From Octopus sinensis (lineage: Eukaryota), in NCBI RefSeq assembly GCF_006345805.1, contig NC_043011.1, positions 29,896,464 to 29,960,463 of the forward strand: a stretch of DNA of 64,000 nucleotides. The letters run 5' to 3'. Positions 11,506-23,028 of this stretch are shown in pieces. A program made the position numbers and the translations under genes. The notes beneath the pieces are model-generated. The model did no database searches and had not been told where the DNA came from. It was given only the letters and a program-made list of their open reading frames with translations. Position 1 is the first letter of the stretch; each line of letters starts with the position of its first letter.

Positions 11506-12929
11506 TAATATATTAAAATTTTTTCTATATGATTTAATATAGAAAATATCTTTCACTATCAATTAAATTACTTAATAGAGGCTATTTCTCTTAATTATAT
11601 ATATATATATATACATATATATGTATGTGCGTATGTATGTATGTATGCATGTATATATGTATCATTTAATGTGCAAATATTAAATATATCTTCAGTGTGT
11701 TGCTAGTACTTTAGAAATATACTGTGTGATGCTATTATCAGTGAAGCTAATGTTTGTAACCATTAGTCTGAATAAAGTTAAACATACTAAGTTCATCTGG
11801 AAGTGAAATACATTATTGCCAAAGTTGATTACTTTTCCATTTCTTCAAGTTTTGCACCAATGAAACATTCATCATTTGGGCCTATCAATGAAAATTTGTT
11901 TACCATACTAACAGAATAAGTGTTATCATTTAGTGCTGTGAGATGTCATGTTGTAACTTTCCAGTAAATTCTGTTTACTTGCATCCATCAATCAAATTCT
12001 ATTTCGTTATAGTAATTTACCAGGTAAGATTGATTTTTGGATGGCATTTTGACATTATCACCAACGTTTTTTTTTTCTTTAAGTGGAGAATCATTATATG
12101 GTATTTCTGAATAGTACAAAATTGATATCCCCTGGTTTGGCTTATGTAGGGTGGGTTGTGTTTTATGATTGTTCAGAAGATGTTAAACTGGTCAATAGAT
12201 TGCTTTACCAGGTGCATACATATCAGGATAATGTTGTGGTATTCATCTTTTCCTTCCTGATTCCAGAAAGTGGATTTCAGTTTGAGGAAGTAATTTTGAA
12301 AGCTGCCTTTTCTCATAACAGTATACGATTTTATTGCACCCTTGCTGCCTACATTTTCATACTTATATTGCTAACTTTAGCTACCATGTATAAAACTAGC
12401 ATGCATTGTATTAAAAAAAAGGGAAACAAAGTGAATATTAGTTCCTACACAAATGCATGTAGCAAAGAAAGAAACATAGAAAATGCAACATCATCTCATT
12501 CAACCTGGCATTAAAAATATTAAGCATTTCCCAACTAAACATAATTACGATAAATTACTTAAAGAAAACAACATGAATTTAATGACAGTAATACCATATG
12601 AAGACTGCTGTGGCTAATGTGTTCATACTCCTCTGAACAATCACTGAGCTACTGGTTTACATTAACATCTCACCCCAACCATGTGCCTTATCTTATAAAA
12701 AGATGTTACTAAACTGAATTACAGCCAACCAGCAAAGTGGCACCAGTAACCTGCTAACAAATTGTCCAAATATGTAGGTCTAAAAATAAAGAAAATAGCT
12801 TTGTGTCACTTTGATAGCATCAATACCATGTGACCTGAGCTGAATGAAAGAGGCTTAAACACCTAAAAGTCTTCTAGAATTTTTCTCAAAATTAACATCA
12901 GCATCTGATGAGATCAACACATTCCTTAA

Positions 12930-14103
12930 ACGTATTTTTGCAATTGTCTGAAAATACAGACGTAGACTTGCCCAAATGCATTAATAAATTAACATTGATA
13001 TTTTTCCCTGTGTTTACAATCATCTCAAATGGAACTGTGAAAGAGTGATATTCGAGCAATTTTGCTATTCAACTTCAAAAAAGGATATAAAGCAGCTGAA
13101 ACTGCTCACAATATCAATGAAATATTTGGTGACGAAATGACCAGTGAGTGGTTTAAGCGATTTCACAGTGGAGACCTGAGCCTTGATGATCGTGATCTTA
13201 GTGGACAGCCATCTGTCATCGATGACTGTCAATTAAAGACCATCATTAACAAAGATCCACATAAAAGCACCTGGGAACTGACAAAAGAACTTCAAGTTAG
13301 CCAGAAAACTGCTTGCAACCATTTGCCTGCAATTGGAATAGCAAAACAGCTTGACAAACGGGTACCACATGATTTGAATGAAAATCAGAAAATGCACAGA
13401 TATGAAATTTGCTCATCTCTTCTCTGTAACCAAACCGCAATGGTATTGTAACTTGTGATGAAAAGTGGATTCTGTACAATAATAAAAAATATTCTTTGCA
13501 GTGGTTGGACCAAAATGAAGTACCGAAAACTTTCCTTAAACCCAAGATCTTTAAAAAGAAGGTTATGATGATTGTTTGGTGGTGTACTGCTAGACTCATC
13601 CACTATAACTTCTTAAAACCCACCAAAACCATTACTGCAGAAATATATTGCCATGAAATTGCCAAAATGAATGAAAAACTGCTACCCCTCCATCCCAGAC
13701 TGGTCAACAGAAGAGGGCCAATCATTGTTCGTGACAATGCTCGACCACACATTTCACTAATAATGAACCAGTTGAGGGAACTTGCCTCGAAGTTCTTCAC
13801 CACCCAGCTTATTCCTCAGACCTTTCTCCTACCAACTACCACTTTTTCAAGCACCTTGATAGTTTCCTGCGAGAGAAGGAGTTCAAAAATCAAACTGATG
13901 CTGAAAGTGTGTTCAAAGACTTCATCAGCTCCAGAACTCCAGATTTTTAATGTTACCGAAATAAACAAACTTGTAACTGGATGGTTAAAAATGTATTGAT
14001 TGTAATGGTACTTACTTTGATGAATAAAATCTCTGCATTGTTGAAATATATCGTGATGAATTTCATGTTTCAAAACGTTGCTTACTTTTTACTCAGCCTG
14101 ATA
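12930..14103 (+). mobile_element. Mariner element; right TIR present, left TIR not found
   Basis: Right end ...aacgttgcttactttttactcagcctgaTA resembles a mariner TIR plus TA; no matching left TIR seen. Confidence 0.75.
13029..14027 (+). pseudogene. Mariner (cecropia/Hsmar1-like, DD34D) transposase pseudogene
   Basis: Frameshifted translation: IRAILLFNFKKGYKAAETAHNIN, VPHDLNENQK, IVTCDEKWILYNN, KVMMIVWW, DNARPH, YSSDLSPTNYHFFKHLD, DCNGTYFDE*; in-frame stop near the start. Confidence 0.95.
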
Positions 14104-14426
14104 CATTCAATAATGACACTCAAAGCAAACATAATTTCAGTCTAGTCTAATGGTTTGGGGCAAAGTATTTCAAAGTCATTTGCCCAAATCTCAAGTAGAT
14201 CAGGACTTCTTTTCTTGTTTCAAATATTGAGACTAATGAGAAAAAGAGCCCTCCAAAACGACTTCATGTTTGTCTCTAATTACGGACAATAATTCAAATA
14301 TTTCAACTTCCTTTGAAATATATTTCAACAGCGAGGTAAATGTGTGTGTATGTGTTTATGTGTGTGTGTGTATGTGTCTGCGTACATATACATATCTGTT
14401 TTTTACATATACACACACATACACAT

Positions 14427-14458
<32 letters not shown>

Positions 14459-14709
14459 GCGCGCACACACACATGTGTTATTATACATATTTATATGTGT
14501 TGTAAACAAACATATATGTATGCACACACATTTATATATAAGCATAAGCTTGGGCGAATTGTTAGCAGATTTGCTTCACTACCTTATGCCATTGAGTTCA
14601 ATCCTACTGTGTGGTAGCTTAGGTAAGTGCCTTCTGCTAATGATTCAGGCCAATCAAAGCACTGAATTGATTTGTTTAAGGGAAACTGAAAACAGACCGT
14701 TGTAAATTC

Positions 14710-15105
14710 TTTTCTACTATAGGCACAAGGCCTGAAATTTTGGGGGAGGGGGCCAGTATATTTGATCAATCCCAGTATGCAACTGGTACTTAATTTATTG
14801 ACCCTGAAAGGATGACAAGCAAAGTCGACCTTGGCAGAATTCGAACTCAGAACGTAAAGACAGATGAAATACCTATTTCTTTATTACCCACAAGGGGCTA
14901 AACACAGAGGGAACAAACAAGGACAGACATAAGTATTAAGTCGATTACATCGACACCAGTACGTAACTGGTACTTATTTTATCGACCCCGAAAGGATGAA
15001 AGGCAAAGTCGACCTCGGCGGAATTTGAACTCAGAACGTAGCGGCAGACGAAATACCGATACACATTTCCCCCGGCGTGCTAACGGTTCTGCCAGCTCGC
15101 CGCCC
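14710..15105 (-). mobile_element. SINE family B, dimeric form
   Basis: Full head unit (14876-15105) joined at aaagaaatagg to a second, head-truncated unit; same architecture at 60245-60650. Confidence 0.85.
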
Positions 15106-15199
15106 TATGCCTTTCACCCGATGTGCTAGCATTTCTGTCAGCTCGGCACCTTAAGATCCTTGTAAATTATCATATCACTTTACAGAGTGTGCTGGATGC

Positions 15200-15580
15200 T
15201 TTTAACATGGAACCACATGAGCATTTGTTGATGGCCCTGGCATAAGTTCTTCTTACATGGCACCAGCAAGAATGCTTTTTACATTGTATCAGCATACGGC
15301 TCTCGCAGGTCAACCCTTACTATCAGGGAGACCGATCCTGAGACTTCTGCTGCTATTTACGGGTCTTCTTGTGTGCAGCAAGACACCAGACATTTTGGTG
15401 CTTTGTCATCTCACCTGAAAGGTTCAGCATCTTGAGGTCGTTCAGTACTTTATCCCATGTCTTCTTGAGTCTCCCACCTTCATATGTTCCATCTACTTTG
15501 AGAAACTGAAACTTCTTTATGGAGCTGTCAGCATCCATCCACTTCACATCACCAAACCAGCACAGTTTTCTCCCTTGCAC
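15200..15580 (-). mobile_element. RTE-clade LINE 3' fragment
   Basis: ORF 15353-15580: LCWFGDVKWM..GRLKKTWDKV..DLKML...W, a typical RTE C-terminus (RLRWFGHV.RM..GRPKKTW). Confidence 0.8.
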
Positions 15581-15847
15581 ACAGCAACTAAGTCATATAT
15601 ATATATATATATATATAAAAATGTACATATATATACATATATATATATGTATTTATATAAATACACACATACATATACACATATATATAAATATATATAC
15701 ATACATAAATGTATACATAATCAAATGTATATGCTCTTTCTCTTTCTCTTTCTCTTTCTCTCTCTCTCTCTCACTCTCTCTAAATATATACGCATAAATA
15801 ATATGTGTGTGTGTGTGTGTGTATGTATGTATACATAGATATGTATA

Positions 15848-16327
15848 CAAGGTGTGATGGGTAAATTGTTGCCATTTTATATTTTTAATTTTGCCCATGT
15901 ACATTGTTTTTGATTTTGTCAACTACACAGTATAGTAGGGTCAGTTGGGCACCATCTGTGAGAAAAACAGCACCACAATGCAATTCACTCTGCCAGAAAT
16001 TTGGAAATGACATGTTGTACTACTTGTCAATTGTGCTAGAAGCTCCAATACAAGCAGAAGGTGAATACACAGAACAACTGTTGGCTTGCTGTGTCCCCAT
16101 AACATGTACCGAGAGTGATAAAAATCAATCATCTAATCATGGTGTTTGGAGTAATCACTAGTGATGACGACGTTATGCCCTACTTCATCTTCCCACATGG
16201 CCTCAGACTCAACATGGAGGCCTACACAGAGGTAGTGCTGCTCAGGGTCAAGAGGATGGCTGCTGGAAGACACTGTGTCTGGCAACAGGACTCTGCATCA
16301 TGCTACACAACCAGGAAAACCCATTCG
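15848..16327 (+). mobile_element. maT/DD37D-like element, copy 2
   Basis: Homologous to 8998-9608; MVFGVITSDDDVMPYFIFPHGLRLN..WQQDSASCYT. Confidence 0.8.
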
Positions 16328-16480
16328 TTGAAACCAATGGCGATTTTATTGAACACATTTACTCTTTAGTAATTCAAGATATTTTTATGTAATATGTTAA
16401 AATGAGATGTGAGTGTTATTTTCATTTTTGCATAATTTAGATGACAGTTTATTCACCACACCCTGTATCTCTCCCTCTCT

Positions 16481-16526
<46 letters not shown>

Positions 16527-16544
16527 AAATATATATATATATAT

Positions 16545-16581
<37 letters not shown>

Positions 16582-16583
16582 TC

Positions 16584-17232
16584 ATCATCATCATCATCAT
16601 CGTTTAACGTCCGCTTTCCATGCTAGCATGGGTTGGACGGTTCAACTGGGGTCTGGCAAGCCCGAAGGCTACACCAGGCCAGTCAGATCTGGCAGTGTTT
16701 CTACAGCTGGATGCCCTTCCTAATGCCAACCACTCCGAGAGTGTAGTGGGTGATTTTATGTGCCACCGACACAGGTGCCAGACGAGGCTGGCAGACGGCC
16801 ACGCTCGGATGGTGTTTCTTTATGTGCCACCGACACAGGTGCCAGACGAGGCTGGCAGACGGCCACGCTCGGATATGGTGTTTTCGGTGTTTTTCTTATG
16901 TGCCACCGACACAAGTGCCAGACGAGGCTGGCGAACGGCTATGGAGGCCAGTCGATGCGGTACTGGCTACGGTCCCGTTCGGATGGTTTTCTTATGTGCC
17001 ACCGGCACTGGTACCACAGGGATACAAATTCCATTGATGTTCATCTATTTTGATTTGGTTTGACTTGATTCGATTTGACTTGCCTCAACAGGTCTTCACA
17101 AGTGTCACAAGCAGGAAGGTATGCACAGGTGGACTGACTACGTCCCAGGTAGGGGCCATGGGTTATGGCTTCACTAGTCTTGCCGGGTCTTCTCACGCAC
17201 AGCATACTTCCATAGGTCTCGGTCTCTAGTCA
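16584..17232 (-). mobile_element. RTE LINE 3' end with tandem ~57-bp units in the 3'UTR and a (GAT)n tail
   Basis: Minus strand LGLTMEMTRDRDLWKYAVREKTRQD*, then 3-4 repeats of ...tggcacataa.aa.cacc.tccgagcgtggcc..., then ggcattaggaagggcatccagctgtagaa and (GAT)n. Confidence 0.85.
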
Positions 17233-18138
17233 TTTCCATGGTGAGACCTAACGTAGCTTCTTTCAATTTCCACCTACCAAATCCACTTGTAAGGCCATAG
17301 TAGAAGGCACTTGCCTAAGGTACCACACAGTGTGACTGAACCTGGAACCATGTTGTTGGGAAGCAAGCTTCTTACCACACAGCCACTCCTGTGCCTATGT
17401 ATGCATTTTTATACATATATATACATGTATATACATATATGTCATCGTCATCATCATCATCATCATCACCCTGTACATATACATAGACAGAATGCAAGTA
17501 TGTTTATATGTACATACACACAATGATGTGTTTTGCATGTTTACATGGGTATATTGCTTACATTCACATTCATATATGCTCAATTGCAATTGTCTGCCTC
17601 TGTGTGCGTGTGCGCGTGTGCGCGTGTGCGTGTGCGTGTGTGCGTGTGTAGGCATGTGATGTATGTGTACATGTGATGCATGCAAGTGAGCATGTGTTCT
17701 TACATAAACACACTTCAAACCCATTCCTTGAATTTTTAGCAACTCACCCTATAATTTCTGTAGAGATTTGATGAATGTATCTGATAGCTGCATTTGTTAC
17801 ATTGTCATTTACATGGCTTATCGACTAGATTAATAGATGAGTAGGTAGCAGAAGGCCTCCACAGACTTTACACTGCTGCCCAAAACTATGCATATCTTAC
17901 ATCTACTAACTTAACAGTCAATTGATCTTTCACTTTATGATCATCTTACATTGAGGTATGGTACTAGTTATAGGGCCAAGGGATTAACAAAGCATGAATG
18001 TCAAAATATAACTACAGAGACAGAATTACAGGTTTTGTGATATTAAAGGAAAAGGAGGAAAAGTGAAGTTCTTAGCTGTTATTTAACCCCACCATGTCAG
18101 ATCAACAGGTCAGCTCCAATCTAGATATTTAGGCAATA

Positions 18139-18362
18139 TATCAAGAGGGTGCTGAAAAGTTCCTGGTCTTAACGGTATTGTTAAAGGCCTGGTTGGAGGT
18201 CCAACCTTTCAAGATCTTTTACAGGACTTAGGAATATTGAAGTACTGCTGCAAAAAGTGTGTAAAACTGGGAGGGGAATTTGTTGAATAAATTCATAATT
18301 AACTGATCATCCTGTGTTTTCTTTTACCAAAAAAACCAGGAATTTCTCAGCACGCCCTCATA
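18139..18362 (+). mobile_element. Mariner-derived MITE
   Basis: TIR pair gagggtgctgaaaagttcctgg / ccaggaatttctcagcacgccctcaTA; interior keeps a transposase C-terminal remnant (KCV.L.GE.VE); second copy 25578-25798. Confidence 0.8.
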
Positions 18363-18489
18363 CACCCACTCTTTTGTAAGTAACTTGGGCTTTATTATTT
18401 AATAATTTAATGTATCCGTTTTTTTCTTTTTTTTTCTTTTTTAGATGAGATTTGATCTCAATGAGGTATATCTCCTTTTGTTTCACTTG

Positions 18490-18830
18490 TTTTATGCTAA
18501 CTTTGTACCAACAAACCTATGATCAAAGTTGTTGCAACCATGACCATTCCATCTGTGTGAAGTAGCTAGGAATGCATTGTCTAATGTGTCCTTCTAGGCT
18601 TTTTTTTAAAGATGATAGGAAGTGATTTTAGCATGATTTTTGCTATTGTTGTTTCACCAGGGCAACCCTAATCAAGTAAACCTATAGTCAAAGACATATA
18701 CAACTACATTATCTAACGTGTCCTATTTTTTATTAAGATGATGGAATGTGATCTGAGGTGTGCCTGCTATTTTTGGCAGGTCAAGTGACCACATCTAGAG
18801 ACTACTCCAAACTTCCCTTTAACTAAAGAG
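18490..18830. repeat. Degenerate ~150-bp modular repeat cluster
   Basis: ctatgatcaaag and gtgtgat.tgag..atttggctgctatttct motifs, shared with 45860-46400, 49905-50640, 57730-58205 and 61740-62270. Confidence 0.6.
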
Positions 18831-19237
18831 TGACAAATAGTTTTCCTTTCTGCATGGAACCATAACTTAAGTAGTGACAGCTGTAGTATATCATTCCAAT
18901 ACAACTAGAGACAGTCAAGAGTGGAAATCTTTTTCCTTTCTTTAATTAATTTTTTTTTTTTTTACCAGAATCTGGGAAGTAAGCAGGTTAAAGACTAGAG
19001 AGAGGAGTGGGTAACTGCCAAAATTCGAAAGCCATTGATATTTTGAGTTAATCTGTTGTTACCTTTATAAACATCTTGTTTGTCTCTCCTTCATTTTTTT
19101 TTTCCATAAGTGTGTGTTTATGTAGTCATCAATAATAACCCTTTCCTATGTTGGTTTCAGATGAACGGGTCTGAAAAACAGTTCTCTTTGTCGAGTATCA
19201 CCCAATCTGAAATACCCAACTTTCACCAGTTCAACCT

Positions 19238-19454
19238 CTCTTTTACTCTTTTACTTGCTTCAATCATTTGACTGTGGCCATGCTGAAGCACCACTTTTAG
19301 TCAAGCAAATCGACCCCAGGACTTATTTTTTGGAAGCCTAGTACTTATTCTATCAGTCCCTTTTGCCAAACAGCTAAGTTACAGGGATATAAACACACCA
19401 CCATCGGTTGTCAAGCGATGTTGGGGTGACAAACACAGACACACATATATACAA

Positions 19455-19491
<37 letters not shown>

Positions 19492-19665
19492 CATACATAT
19501 ATATGACGGGCTTCTTTCAGTTTCCGTCTACCAAATCCACTCACATGGTTTTGGTCGGCCCGAGGCTATAGTAGAAGAAACTTGCCCAAGGTGCCACACA
19601 ATGGGAATGAACCTGGAACCATGTGATTGGTAAGCAAGCTACTTACCACACAGCCACTCCTGTGC
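19238..19665 (-). mobile_element. SINE family A (full length)
   Basis: Reverse-complement full-length match. Confidence 0.9.
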
Positions 19666-19964
19666 TTTATTTAACCTTTCTTCATCCCTGGTACCTTCCA
19701 TTATTGTCACATTTTGCATTTTCATCAAGCATGAGACCTTAATTTACACTACATATTCAATACCAGCATATACAACTCCTTTACACTCAACAACTGATGG
19801 TCAAAAGTCCCAGTTGCTATCTCAACTAAACTGCGTTCTATTTCTCCAGTAAAATAATGTTACACCTACATGCCAGGGTTGCATGTCTGGCCCATTTAAA
19901 AGTACTCTTGATGCATCAGGTGATATGATATGCTTGAGAAAACCTGTTGAATCAAATAAAACCA

Positions 19965-20380
19965 AAATCGTAGCTGTGGCTAGTGCTCTCTGACTGGCAA
20001 CCATGCTAGTGGCACATAAAAAGCACCATCCAACCATGGTTGATGCCAGGACCGCCTGGCTGACTCTTGTGCCGGTGGCATGTAAAAAGCACCATCCAAA
20101 CGTGGTCGATGCCAACACCGCCTCACTGGATCCCACGCTGGTGGCATGTAAAAGGCATTATCTGAATATGATCAATGCCAGGGCCACCTGACTAGCTCCT
20201 GTGCCAGCGGCATGTAAAAAGCACCCACTACACTCCTGGAGTGGTTGGCGTTAGGAAGGGCATCCAGCTGTAGAAACATTGCCAGATCAAATTGGAGCCT
20301 GGTGCAGCCACTGGCTTTCTAGACTTCAGTCAAACCGTCCAACTCATGCCAGCATGGAAAATGGACATTAAACGATGATA

Positions 20381-20412
<32 letters not shown>

Positions 20413-20415
20413 AAT
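19965..20415 (+). mobile_element. RTE-type 3'UTR element with tandem units
   Basis: Four gtggcatgtaaaaagcacc units, then gttaggaagggcatccagctgtagaa and (GAT)n. Confidence 0.85.
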
Positions 20416-21364
20416 AACAAAGAAACACACTCAATTAATTTTCTCCAGTTCTTTACAGTTCTTCTTCATTTAATGTCCATGCTGGCGCTCATACACTTTC
20501 ATACTTTGAGCCATTTTCATACGTATGCTAAAGCTCTAATCTATTTCTCCAAGTCCAGCTGATGAGAGTCCAGCAAAAAAGCAATAAGTTTACTTTATTA
20601 GTTAATTGACATTAAGGAGAATTTCATAGAAATTTTAATGACATTTATTTATTATATTCAAATATAATAAATAAATTTGGTAACTTAAAAAATTAGCAAA
20701 ATATTAACAAATCTGACATTTTAAAACAGTAGTTGTTAACATAAAGTTAACCTTTTGATAATTTTTTAAATTGCCAGTTGTATTATATATTTGTTGAAAA
20801 AAAAAAATTATATTGAAATTTAATTAGGTAAAATTCTTCTTTTATTCCTTTGGCCATTTTAAAAAGAAAATTACATCACCTTCGCTGGTGAGTAGCAAAC
20901 AAAAAATGTATGAGTATCCTACCATGCCATACACCCAAGTAGCCTCACACTTTTTACACATGCTTCATATGGTCTGTTCAATGCAAGATAAGAGAAATAC
21001 TTTGTTGCTTTCATCCCATGAATTTCTGTCTTCCACTCTGTTTTTGCTTCAAATACTGTGCTTTCTTTAAAACTACCTCTTGTATTAAATTAGTTACAGA
21101 AGTTATCAGCTGCATCTAGCAAACCAACGACTACAATTGTTTCATATACTTTGTGTGTTTAAAACGGTGTTTGTTTTTCAAATACTCAGAGATATTACGA
21201 TATCATTTATTTATTTAGTACAGGCGTCGCATATACAGTATTCAGTTATTTCCAACTCTCTTCTTTCATAGATTTGCTTCTTTAATTACACAAATATTTT
21301 GTAACATCAGTTACTGATATACACTTTGGTGTTAGCCAAGTTGACAGTTAAACATATCTCTCTC

Positions 21365-21769
21365 TTTCTTTTACTTGTTTCAGTCATTTGACTGTGGCCA
21401 TGCTGGACCACCACATTTTGTCGAGTAAATCGAACCCAGGACTTATTCTTTGTAAGCCTAGTACTTATTCTATCGGTCTCTTTTGACAAACCACTAAGTT
21501 ACAGGGACGTAAACAAACCAGCATTGGTTGTCAAGTGATGTTGGGGGGAAAACACAGACACACAAACACATTCACACACACATACATATATATATATACA
21601 TATATACAATGGGCTTCTTTCAGTTTCCATCTACCAAATCCACTCACAAGGCTTTGGTTGGGCCAAGGCTATAGTGGAAGACACTTGCCCAAGGTGCCAC
21701 ACAGTGGAATTGAACCCAGAACCAAGTGGTTCGTAAGCAAGCTACTTACCACACAGCCACTCCTATGCC
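21365..21769 (-). mobile_element. SINE family A (full length)
   Basis: Reverse-complement full-length match. Confidence 0.9.
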
Positions 21770-21877
21770 TAGGCAAAATTTTCATCAAAGATTCAAAAGA
21801 TTTTTGAAGAATATTTTTGAAATAGATATGACAATAATAAATGTCTTTAACATTATGCTTAACTATTAACTCACAGT

Positions 21878-22138
21878 AGTGGTGCGTGGCTTAGTGGTTA
21901 GGGTGTCAGCATCCTGATCGTAAGATTGTGATTTCGATTCCTGGACCGGGTGATGCGTTGTATTCTTGAGCAAAACACTTCATTTCACATTGCTCCAGTC
22001 CACTCAGCTGGCAAAAACGAGTAATACTGTGATGGACTGGCGTTCCATCCAGCTGGGGAACACATACACCATTGAAACTGGGAAACCGGGCCCATGAGCC
22101 TGGCTAGGCTTTAAAAAAGGGTGCATTTATTTATTTAT
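21878..22138 (+). mobile_element. tRNA-derived SINE family C with a perfect 14-bp TSD
   Basis: A box tggcttagtgg, B box-like tttcgattcc; TSD tattaactcacagt at 21864-21877 and 22139-22152; (ATTT)n tail. Confidence 0.9.
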
Positions 22139-22634
22139 TATTAACTCACAGTTGCTTCAGCCTTTCAGATAAACAAACAACAGACCATTTATGGAACATC
22201 ATTGAACATAGGCCCAAAACAACAAGAGAATACATAATTTATTCTCAGGGAGTAAAGCATTTTATTGAGTGCTGTTGTTGTGGTGGCAGTTACTATGATA
22301 AAATACAACAGCACACACTGTAAAAGGGTTGACATCTTAATGCATCCATTTACAGAAACTATTTCTAATGCAAGACATACGAGCAAGATGTGGACCTCTG
22401 TCATGTCTAGTAGGGTGGAGAAGGACTCAGACTCTGACAGCTTGTCAAACCAAGGCAGCAAAGAAAACAGATGTAAAGCAATGATGGCAACAATGGTAAC
22501 AGCAATGATGATGATGATGATGATGATGATGGTAGTGGTGGTGGTGGTGGTGGTGAAACTGTCTTAACAATGACACATTAGCATTCAATGTTTATGCACA
22601 TCCTGAAAATAATAGGAAGAGAAATATATAACGA

Positions 22635-23028
22635 CTAGCAGTATCTCCCGGCGTTGCTCGGGTTTGTAAGGGAAATAACTATATAAGCATTTTTAGAGAT
22701 GTAAATTATAATAGCCATCTCAATATGGCTAACCACAAAGGGGGGGGGTTACTGTAGTTTTTTACGTTCTGAGATTTAATAAATTTTTAGAGAGTTACTT
22801 CCCTTATATAAGCCAAAAATGCATTAAAAAATGGGAAAAATTGATGGTAAATTTTTTTTTAAATCGTAGACTCATCGTAGACGCGTGCTAATACCCAGAA
22901 GGGCTTGATATGAATCACGACGATAAGATACCCGGTTTTGGTTAAACTGCACCGCAAAATGTGGGAGTAGTTAGGAATCTAAATCGTAGGAGACAGACAG
23001 CACACAACCTCTCTTTTATATATAAAGA
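22635..23028 (-). mobile_element. Non-autonomous Helitron
   Basis: Minus strand A|TCTTTATATATAAAAG...hairpin cccgagcaacgccggg...CTAG|T; AT target, no TSD. Confidence 0.85.

Noticed and set aside
11930-12110. Polinton integrase C-terminus (VGD.V.. resemblance)
   Set aside because: Only a 4-5 residue resemblance; the diagnostic KGY..NW and FYE.EL motifs are absent
12083-12514. 143-aa plus-strand ORF
   Set aside because: No recognisable motif and a GTG start; more likely the antisense shadow of the decayed minus-strand frame
16750-17010. Regularly spaced repeats resembling a CRISPR array
   Set aside because: The spacers are themselves repeated, the context is eukaryotic, and the units belong to an RTE 3'UTR
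18445-19194. Plus-strand micro-exon candidates (18445-18465, 18969-18986, 19161 onward; also 29520-29535, 47186-47214, 49800-49816)
   Set aside because: AG/GT pairs after poly-T are expected by chance in this composition; no coherent or recognisable peptide
21878-21950. tRNA genes at SINE heads
   Set aside because: A/B boxes run into SINE bodies with tails and TSDs; no complete cloverleaf acceptor stem
22189-22461. 90-aa hydrophobic minus-strand ORF
   Set aside because: No ATG start, and it lies downstream of stops following the nearest acceptor; would be UTR at best
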